A DNA stretch of 63,902 nucleotides, counting the filler, from Hausera hauseri (Eukaryota), in the NCBI GenBank assembly GCA_046269625.1. It is 11 parts of 11 records of this genome, joined end to end, with 100 filler letters (N's around TTAATTAATTAA, not from the genome) between each part and the next. Parts side by side here need not be neighbours in the genome. Positions count along the whole stretch, not along the records: positions 51,371 to 58,524 come from JBJURY010034780.1; positions 58,625 to 63,902 come from JBJURY010292725.1; 9 more parts are not named here. One strand, 5' to 3'. The position numbers and the translations under genes were made by a program. Under the pieces are notes generated by a model. That model was not told the DNA's origin. It worked only from the letters and a program-made list of their open reading frames with translations, and made no database searches. Shown one piece after another: positions 54,576 through 63,902 of the stretch. Position 1 is the stretch's first letter; every line of letters begins with the position of its first letter.

Positions 54576-55609
54576 ATGAGTATTTACATGGTGCTGCCGA
54601 GCAACAGTTGTCCGACGACTCGTCCTAACAATTCAGCCAGTGAATACGTTGTAGACTGGAACAATCCTTTGTATTTATCTGCTGGAAAATGTGAGATTGC
54701 ACTGACGGAATTTAACTTTCCCTACGCACCGGTGACATTGAAGGGTACTATGAAAATAATGTACAATAAGACTGTTACTGAAATCAAAACACATTCTTGT
54801 TATCTGACACTTACTAACAATAAAATAACAGTTGGAGAATCGGTCACTTTCACGACCGAAGCAAATTACGGTTTATACGGCAAGATCGGTGTTTTTATTT
54901 TAGATCAAAACTTACATTTTATGGAAGATTTAGAATTCAAAAATACAGAGTACAAAAGTAAGCATATTAAAAGTGAATATGTAGTTAGTCCTAGATTAGA
55001 TCCCGTATATTACCAGACAACGGTGAAATTTACCTATACAACAGAAAGAATATCAACGTCATACGTATCAATTGGCGACAATGTCTATTGTAAATTTGTA
55101 GCACAGCTCAGTCAACATTTTTCTTCAAATCAAAAGTACAAGGCGATATTTAAAGCTTTCGAGTCAGATAAAAATGGCTACATTAAATTTGAACTGGCTA
55201 AGGATATTGTTGACATTTCGTTGGACGAAGCTTTGGCCATGGTACTGGGTTTTGAAAAACAGCAGTTTGATTGAAGATGGTGGCGGCACATGTTGCAACA
55301 CTCAAACCCAAACTGAAAAGTGGACTAATTCAAACATGCATTTACGTGAACGTCACCGAACCGATTTTCGTCGGTGGAGTACGTGTACGGCTAGTCCGTG
55401 CAATTTATCTGGAAAGCAGCAAGTATACTGCCAGCGACAATGTCACCGTCAAGCTCGATAATCCAATGTACCTAACTGTCGCATCTACATCTATAAACAT
55501 TGTTAAAGTGAATATCCGATGTGACGCGGGCTACCTTATTCAATTTCCGTACGGTACCACAACCAGTCTAACTCTTCATTTCCGTCGAACCCAACAACAA
55601 CATAATTGA
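54576..55609 (+). pseudogene. Maverick minor capsid protein (penton/PX) paralog 2 (frameshift near 55271)
   Basis: MSIYMVLPSNS..NNSASEY..NPLYL..EIALTEFNFP; LAMVLGF; IYVNVTEPIFVGG..LVRAI..NPMYLTV..IQFPYGTTTSLTLHFRR. Confidence 0.9.
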
Positions 55610-55964
55610 TTCCAAAATCGTTTCCATTTACAGTAAACCGCAGCAAGGCAATGAACTGCCGTATTTCATTGGTAAACCGTATGGCTCTGGTTGGTTGCGT
55701 ACATTGACACATTTAGCATTTCCTGTGTTGAAGCGTATCGGAGCCGTAGCGGAAAAAACAGCATAGGACGTACTTTATGGAAACAAATCGATTTTACTAT
55801 AACAGAAGGAACACGACTTGTCAGAAATAAAAAGCGCTGCACCGGAAGTTGTATAATCCGTTAAAAAACCATTCGCTGGCAGTGGCTTGATGAGAAAACG
55901 CCATAGAGCATCGTCGAGCTCATCAGCTATAAACGTACGTCGTCGTCGTACGATTTTCGATTGA
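55602..55964 (+). pseudogene. Maverick core/DNA-binding structural protein (start codon mutated ATG>ATA)
   Basis: Same length and sequence pattern as 43966-44328; YGSGWLR, FAGSGLMRKR, RRRRTIFD. Confidence 0.75.
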
Positions 55965-55983
55965 TTGATTGCCAAATAGATAA

Positions 55984-57195
55984 ATGGCATTTGCAAAATC
56001 TGAATTATGTATATTTGACAAAGACACACCACACGTTTTTATTGACAATGTAGCATTTAAAGAAATCAACCCCGTTGATTTGATTTCAACGGACGATAAT
56101 ATTGACATTCAATTTAACATTATGACATCGGACAATGAATAACTGCAATTGAACAATACGCTACTCTACTCGTCAACGGTTCTCACTGCAACGGACACTG
56201 TTACACCGGCCAATTACTTTTTCCTCACACTGTTCCGACAGGCTTCACTGACTCTAAACAGTGTCAAAATCGAAGGCAACACCAATCTGTCCAGAATCAA
56301 AGCACTCATTGAAACGGCTCTAAATTACAGCACTGACACGAAAACGACTCATTTGACGAAAACCATCGGATACGACACCACAGCGGCAAACCGTCAGGTA
56401 TGCGTGGCAGAATCAAAAGCACTTACAATGTGTGGACCTCTGTACTTTGACTTTTTCGATCAGCCCAAATACCTACTGCCTGGTGTTAAAGCCATGATTC
56501 GGATCAAATAAAGCGACAATGTCTTTTGTTTGAAAACCGCCGTTGCAAATCTCAAACCCATACTGAAAATTACCGAGACACAAATATACGTACGTCAAGT
56601 AAAGGTAGAACCATCTGTGCTTATGGGACATCGATTGGGCTTGGAAACGCAAAATGCCTGTTACCCGCTACAATGCACAGAACTTGTCTTTTACATCATA
56701 CCGAAAGGTTCGACAACGTTTTACAAGGAATCTCTGTTTGGCGACATGCGATTGCCAAAATTTGTGCTCGTTACATTTCAAACGACTGTTTAACAAACGG
56801 CAAGTTATACCACCGATTCGGAGACGTTTACCCATAGTAATGTGAATTAAATTAGTTTGGGCCGGAATGCGAATTTCGTTGAGACGTACAAACAAGACTT
56901 TGAATATAATGATTATGTTTGCACATATATGCAATCTATTGTGCGCAACATGGGTTTTCTGAACAAAAATGTTAATAATGGAATATCGATGGATTTGTTC
57001 AAGTCCACTCATTCATTCTTCACCTTTGCCCTGGCTCCCGATTATAACATTGAACAGACTCAGCTTCCTCAGCAAGGAAACCTGAGACAGAAGGTTCACT
57101 TTGCTAAAGCGTTGGAGCAGTCTACAGTGATGTGCATTTACCGTATATTTGATGCCGATGTTCAAATAACGAAAACCAAAACCGTCAGTGTATAA
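55984..57195 (+). pseudogene. Maverick major capsid protein, 403 codons in one frame with four in-frame stops
   Basis: MAFAKSELCIFD, TLFRQASLTLNS, KALIETALNYS, FFDQPKYLLPGV, YVRQVKV, RLPKFVLV, FTFALAPD, QGNLR..HFAKAL. Confidence 0.94.
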
Positions 57196-57239
57196 ATAAA
57201 ATTCGCTGTGTCTCACATTTTCTTCTTCGTCGTCGTAAT

Positions 57240-57638
57240 ATGAAGTAATTTATTACTATTACTATTACACTTAATTCACATTTAGCTCCATCGATCTCAG
57301 TCATTAGGAAAAACGGCTTTGGGGCGCGAAATTTTGTGGCATGTTTCTTTTGGACTGTGCTACGTGATTTACGACAAACTGGCGGCGATGGCTTTATTGT
57401 CAATACACACGCTTCATCGTTGCCGAGCAAACATTGGATTGCTGTGTTCGTCTACCATCCGACCAACGTCGTCACAGCATTCGATCCGATCGGATTTTAT
57501 TATCCGCCATCGTTAGTTTCTCAAATTGAACCACAATCATAATGTATTGAATATAATGGTTTTCATTATCAACATCCAATGGCTATACTGTATGGACATT
57601 ACTGCTTATTGTCGCTTACATTACAATCACTTTTGTGA
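57240..57638 (+). pseudogene. Maverick adenain-like cysteine protease with a 41-nt intron (57245-57285)
   Basis: ATG-AA|gtaatt..tttag|C gives MNSIDLSH; KFCGMF; FIVNTHASSLPSKHWIAVFV..AFDPIG..HYQHPMAILYGHYC (catalytic Cys changed to Tyr in this copy). Confidence 0.87.
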
Positions 57639-57833
57639 AATATATGTGTATTATTTTATTGTTTTTGTTTTGTATACCAAAGAGAGAACAAATCATGAGA
57701 AATAATAATATGATATGCTACAATCATTCTCCTTGTGAGTAGTAATACTCAATTATGAGCTCATCGTACAAAATAAAATTTACACACGACTTTGTACAAA
57801 ACGAACGAACGAACGAACAAACGCATTTACAAC

Positions 57834-58524
57834 GATGATGATTTTTACTTTTTAACAATGCGTTTTTTTGTTCGTTGCATTTTTCACCCGATCCATTGGT
57901 CTTATCGTGAGGCGGCTATAATAAGAAATGCTCAGTTACTGATGGGCTACGTACTCAACCCATTTCCACAGCCATCAGACTTTAACAGTGAGAAATTTAT
58001 ATAGTTTGAAAATTTCCCATCAAATTTTCTCCATGTTTCCATGGTCAGATAACGTAGAAATTGTGCGCATTCGATTCAAGGACATCGGTTTGACATTTGC
58101 ACCGAACATTGCATAACTCGTAACTCGTGTCTTGTTTCTCATAAAACATTTGCTGTTTTGCTTCTTTTGTTTCTGGCTCCTCCCAGTAAAATTTTGGACT
58201 CTCACCTCGCTATAAAATTTTTCTCTACTCATCAAGCACTAAGGATTTCCATCGGTGACATGTGCGACACATGATATGTGATTCCGGCTGGGGGGGGGCT
58301 TCCGAATTCGAGACATGAAATGCTGAGAACTGCGAGATAGGTGAGGAAAACTTGATCGGAGGTCGATCTAAGCACTTTTTGGGAAGTGAGGACAAAATGA
58401 CACTTCTAACTACTACATGATGATTTTGACTTTTTAACAATGCGTTTGTTTGCTCGTTCGTCCCATTGCATTTTTCACCCCGATCCATTGGTCTAATCGT
58501 GAGGTGGCTATAAAATAAAATCTT
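57834..58524 (+). repeat. Tandem ~582-bp units downstream of the Maverick protease (1 complete plus the start of a 2nd)
   Basis: GATGATTTT.ACTTTTTAACAATGCGTTT...CCGATCCATTGGTCT.ATCGTGAGG.GGCTATAA recurs, with its ATG at 57858 and 58440. Confidence 0.9.
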
Positions 58525-58847
58525 NNNNNNNNNNNNNNNNNNNNNNNNNNNNNNNNNNNNNNNNNNNNTTAATTAATTAANNNNNNNNNNNNNNNNNNNN
58601 NNNNNNNNNNNNNNNNNNNNNNNNAAAAATTTTTTACGCGCCAAATTCAAATTTTTACACGTACCTAAAATCCATACAGTACGCGTGCTTGTGTGTATCC
58701 AATTTCTGACTGTGTGTCTCCCATCTCCGCCCTATTAATCGTGCGTGCGTGTGTCGTTTTTTCTACCCCATGAATCATCCGCGAACCAAACATTTCCTTC
58801 CTTCTCGGGGGGGGGGTCTGATCTGGTGCGCTCCTATGTACCTACTA

Positions 58848-58993
58848 TTTTGAACTTCCCACAATGTCGATGATAGGATTCTGTCGCCAGATTCTATTAA
58901 ATCATACGTTGTCCATAGATCTTCGTCATTTTCTGGTATCAGTGTGACTTTTCCATTTTTATTCTTATCGATATATTTATTAACGCGCTTCAT
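58848..58993 (-). pseudogene. PELO: Pelota/Dom34 N-terminal fragment (first exon or decayed copy)
   Basis: MKRVNKYIDKNKNGKVTLIPENDEDLWTTYDLIESGDRILSSTLWEVQ aligns by eye to the pelota N-terminus (MKLV.K.I.K...G.VTL.PE..EDMW..YNL...GD....ST.RKVQ). Confidence 0.75.
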
Positions 58994-59219
58994 AGCTTCT
59001 GTTTCACAAATCTTACAAAAGAAATCTCTCTTCAAATATTAAGCAGTTTAACTTGTGTTGAAAAAAATGACGTTCAACAATTGAAATTTAAAACATAAAC
59101 ATTTTCTATTTTTTTAACGACCAAAAATTAGATTGAGTAAATTTTCAGAGGAAACACAATCAAAAACATACTCATAACTTCTTGCAAGATAATTGAAGGC
59201 TATAAAATAAAAGTCAAAA

Positions 59220-62200
59220 AATTGAAGTAGAAATTGGAATTGTATTAGGCGAAAGAGTAGAAATAGAAAATGAAACAGAGGTAGCGGTAAAGATAGGAAG
59301 AGAGATAGGAATAGAAGCAGAAGATGTTGAAAATGATGAAGCAGAATTAAGGGCAGAAGGAGGAGGTGGAACAGGTGTAGCAGCAGATATAGGAACAGCA
59401 GGAAGTGCAGGAGTGAGAAAAGATGTTGATATACCGATTGGTGAAGTGTCGTCGACGAAGAAGGAGAACTTTAAGTTGGTAATTTGCAGTGTAGGTTCTT
59501 TGCCGTCTTTAGAGATAATAGCGTTCTACAAATGCAGTTGTACCAGTTTATAGGGCCCTAGATACCGCGGCTGGAAACCACACGGCGATTGATTTTTTAG
59601 CCATACAAATTTTGCCGAATACAAGTCTTCAGGTAAATATGTTTCGTCTTTATGAAGTAACCTGCAAAACGAATCTTTAATGACCGTAACGAAGTGATTT
59701 TTTGCCGCCCGTATCGTTTCATCTGTAGGAGTGTTGTTTTGGGTAATTAGTTCGAATAATGATCGTACAAGAGCTCCGAATAAGGCTTCAGTAGGTGCGC
59801 ATCTCGTAGAAGTAGACGGAATGTTCCGCCAGCCAAGCAGAACAAACGGAATAAGATTTGTCCAACTAGTGTTGTACTCTGCAAGAATTCTTAGTGACGT
59901 TTTCAATGTTCGGTGGAAACGTTCTAAAAGTCCATTCGATTGGGGGTCATAAGGCGCTGTATGTATGTGATGGATCCCCAGTCGGTTAACAAGGGATCTG
60001 AACAGGTTGGATTCAAACTGTGGACCCTGGTCTGTGATGATGAAGCGAGGTGATCAAACCTGCTAATCCATGTACGAATAAAAACATCAGCTATAGTGTC
60101 GATATTTGTGCTCCGCAGAGGGATGGCTTCTTGCCATCGCGAGGAACGGTACATCGTTGTGAGAATGAATTGATGACCGCTGTCTGGAGGAAGAGGGCCG
60201 ACAATGTCAATATGCATGGATTCGAAATACAATGTGCAGGGAAAGTGGAACAGTGGTGGCTTTAAATGCTTAGTTGTTTTGTATTTTTGGCAAGTTACAC
60301 ACTCCTTAACCCGTGTCTGCACATCAAAACGCATTGACGGTGGAGCAGACGAAAAGTGGCTTTAGCACCGGGATGATGTAGCTAATGTACACTGTTAAAC
60401 GCATGCCTTTGCAAAGGTGGTGCAAGAATTATTGCGGAATGACCTGGTTTGGAAGTGTCTAAAGCCATGCCGTCAACAATTATGCATCACTTAAAAGAAT
60501 GAAGCATGTCCTGAGGTGGCTGGTTCTGTTGAAATTGTACTTGTGTAAAGATTGGTGAAAAATTAATCGAACCAACCGACCTATATAAAAAGTCGACAAG
60601 CAAATTATTAACTCCGTTAATATATTTTATGTCGAAGGAAATGTCGATAAGTATGACATCTGTCGTTCTTGGTGTGTGGAAGGATGTTTCATAGCCATGA
60701 TGTTAAGTAATGGTTTGTGATCGGTTTGTATAGTAAAATAACAAGCGACAAGTTGATGGGAGAAATGGTTTAAAGCTAGAATGGTGGCCAATGATTCTCG
60801 ATCTAACGCTGAATATCTAGTTTCAGGGGATGTTAGCTTACGAGAGAAAAATTCTAGCAGTTGATTTTTTCCTTTGTTGATTTGCTGGAGTACAGCTCCT
60901 ACTGAAGTCGTTGAAGCGTCTGAAGTAAGGATGAGTTCCGCATAAGGCTTGGGGAAAGCGAGAATGTCGACGGTCTTAATTCCTTCGCGTAGCTTATCAT
61001 ACTTATCTACCAATTCAGGTGTCCACTGGATTGACTGATGTTTTTTGCCACCGCTTAAGTTTGTAAATGTTGCTGTCAGTTCGGAACAATGCGGTACATA
61101 TTTATGTAAAAAGTGTAGCGTACCAAGGTAGCTTCGCATTTCAGTGGTCGTACGTGGTAACTGGATATTCTTAAGAGCTTCAACTCGGTCTGGTTGAGGA
61201 GAGTGACCGTCTGGTGAAATAACGTGGCCCAAAAAGTTGGTGCGTTTTTTGAAGAAATGGCATTTGTCAAAATTAAATAGGAGATTATGGTGGTTAAAGC
61301 GTTGGAATGTTTCGCGATGGTGTTCCTCATGTTGTTTGACCGAAGAGGAAACGATTGGAATATCATCAATGTAAGAGGCGCAAAAGGAAAATCTGAGAGA
61401 ATTGAGTCAATATGTCGCTGAAACGTCTGTGCGGCATTTCGCAAACCGAACGGCATAAACAGGTACTTGTAGAGGCCAAAAGGAGTACTGACAACGGTTT
61501 TTTCTATGTCTTCAAGTGCTACCGGTATTTGGTGGTATGCTTTGGCCAAATCTATGGTCGAATAAATGGTAGTTGAATTAAGACGATGCAGGATGTCCTT
61601 GATGAGTGGCTAGGGGTACGTATCCATGATTGTCAAGTTGTTCGACAGGAGGTAGTCACCTCATGGTCTAAAAGTACCGTCCTTTTTTGTACAACGTGTA
61701 AAGGTGACGACCAAGGAGATTTGGAACGGCGTACAATGCGGGAGTGTTTTAGTTCGCAAAATTCGGCTTTTGCGGCCTGTCTACGACGAGGTGACAATGG
61801 TCGCACCTTTTGACGTATTGGTCGTTGATGTTGTGTAATTATGTGATGTGTAGTGCTGTTTGTAGAGGTAAACGAACGATCTTTTTTAAGTACGCGTGGA
61901 CATCATGTGGTAACAAATTGCTGTAAAGTTGTAGGCAACTGTGAGAGATTCGGTGATGATGGTGAAGCAGCTGAGTAGTAGCGAATGCAATTTGTGAATT
62001 GTTTTGTGATGTGAATTCGAGTGGTATTTGGTGTAAGATAGTCAAATTGAAAATGGTGTTGGATAAAATGATTTCGTCAAGTGAATGAACACTGATGGCA
62101 GTACCACAATTATCGACATCGAATCTCGATCGAATATTAATATTATTATTCAAAAATTTACGAATTGAATTACTGTCATGGAAATTCGAATTATTTATTG

Positions 62201-63902
62201 ATTTTCCCAAAAATGACCTCCCTGTCCCGATCGACTGCACGGTAGTCGAAATGCTAATTACATGCTGAGCAATGCTGCCAGTGATGCCGCTCCTCAGACA
62301 TCGTTGACTGCAGTCAACCAATAAATTATAATGTAATAGAAAATCGGAACCTAGAATTGCTGTCTGGACGCTAGAAATTGTGAACGTCCAGTGGAAAGGT
62401 AAATAGAATTTTGGTAAGATGAAAGGTAATTTAGCAGTGCTAAAAATGTGCAGCGGTTGACCTGAAGTGGTGTATAACGGTTTAATTCTGAATGGTAAAT
62501 TTTGTACAGGGAAAGATTGTGGTAATAAGGAAACCACTGCACCTGTATCAATGAAGAAATCAGCTAATTGCATTTTAGGAGCGGTGACTGCAGCCTTTAG
62601 AGTAAAGACAGCAAAAAAGGAGTGTCGGCATTTAGAAAAGGTAATAGTGCTTTTGCCAGAGTTTGCCGTGACTTTCGGTGGCAAATTTAGCTTTCTGAAA
62701 AGGTAAACTAGGACGACTATTATAAGAAAAGGTAGTACGTCCGTCGTTTGTATCTGGTTTGAAGGTGCAGTCTGGAGTGCATTTATAGGCTTGATTTTTA
62801 AACTTTGCGTTATAAATGCAAACAACGGTGTCTGAAAAAAAACTTTTATTGTAAAATGTGTAAACTAGGCAGCATTTATTGGCAGTCGTATTGAATCTGC
62901 TGTGATAGTAGCAGATTAACGACCGCGCAAGCGATAGTGATCTGTTTCTAGATGCAGGAGTGGCGCGGTCAGTAGCAAAATCCCTTCACCTGGACAGGGA
63001 AAGCTCGTTTAATTTGTTGTTTATATTGTTAATCGTTGCGTGTAGTGCAATATTTTCAGCACGTGGCTGATTGAGTTGTTGTTCTATTTATATGTTATTG
63101 GTTTAAATATCGTTGGAAGCAACTGCCGACGAAACGACTGGTGCGGAATGTAAATGTAGAACATCGTGTGTTTTATTGGCTAATTCGGCCAATTTTTCAA
63201 GAACCGTGGAGTCCTTCACCACGTAAGTAGGGCTCGGATTTGGATGGGTAACGCGTTAAGAAAGTAATGACGCAGTAGTTCGGGGTTGTGTTCTTTAGTG
63301 ACGCTGAGACTGCGCAGATGTGCCAAAGACGCGCGTAAAAATTTTGATGGTCGTTGTGTGCCTATAGCATTGTCGTGGAAGAAGCGTTGTATGATGGCGT
63401 CCATTGAGAGCTGTTAGTATGGGTCAGGAAGTTCAAAGATTTCAAAGATGTTGTGAATTCGTATATTATTTTTCTGTTAGGGAGTAAGAAGAGGAGATTG
63501 TGTGCCTTGGTCAAAGGGTCGGTGATATTGCTTGATGTAGCCAGAGTTGATGGAATTGCAACCAAGTTTTGCTGGAGCCTTGGTTGTCAATGAAGAATTC
63601 GGTACAGTTAGGGAAAGGGGCGCAAGAGGTAGTAGATGAAGTATTATTGGTAGAAGCAAAAGTGGGTTTTTGAAGTAGTATGATAGATTTTGGTTTTGTG
63701 GTGGTTTTATCCGTGGTGTCTATGGTGGGCGATGAATTCATGCCACCACGGATGCGGCAGTGTATGTGGAGGTGGATATAAGTTGACGAAGGTCGCACAG
63801 TCCCAACGAGAGGTACCGTGGAGCCGTGGTGTGTGAGGTAAAAGTCAGGTGAGCGAATAAAAGTGGAGATAATGTTGTAGATAATAGCAGTGTTTAGTTG
63901 TG
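59220..63902 (-). mobile_element. Gypsy LTR retrotransposon relic, copy E (gag, protease, RT, RNase H, integrase, truncated tail)
   Basis: FFIDTGAVVSLLP, KAYHQIPV..TPFGLY..MPFGLRNAAQTFQR, TSDASTTSVG, CVTCQ, HIDIVGPLP; no PPT or LTR at the 3' side. Confidence 0.93.

Larger units (their letters stand above)
51371..58524 (+). mobile_element. Maverick/Polinton (adintovirus-like) endogenous element, copy 2 (partial; no pPolB or TIR in the contig)
   Basis: ATPase, integrase, two pentons, MCP and adenain on one strand in a compact cluster. Confidence 0.95.

Noticed and set aside
57834-58524. Array as a CRISPR-like repeat-spacer system
   Set aside because: Units are ~590 bp and homologous along most of their length; no short repeats with unique spacers and no cas genes

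Overview
This is eukaryotic draft-assembly sequence: 11 unrelated contigs joined by artificial 100-bp spacers (N44-TTAATTAATTAA-N44), so no synteny can be read across spacers. Nine contigs are AT-rich and look invertebrate, possibly a flatworm-like fish parasite (inference). They carry a Mi-2/CHD3-4-5 gene with ~50-nt introns, an SMG1 kinase, a pelota N-terminal fragment, five decayed copies of one Gypsy LTR family, a second Gypsy fragment and a BEL/Pao relic. Two contigs (18738-23642 and 23743-31012) look like teleost fish DNA: a C2H2 zinc-finger gene, hAT and Harbinger MITEs, a LINE RNase H fragment and a recombinase-like gene. The most interesting element is an endogenous Maverick/Polinton (adintovirus-like) family seen on three contigs. 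Its gene order is packaging ATPase, small basic ORF, pVI-like protein, integrase with chromodomain, two tandem paralogous minor capsid (penton) genes, core protein, major capsid protein, and an adenain protease split by a 41-44 nt GT-AG intron right after ATG-AA. A (GAAC)n microsatellite and a tandem array of ~585-595 bp units follow. The pPolB gene and terminal inverted repeats are not in the window.
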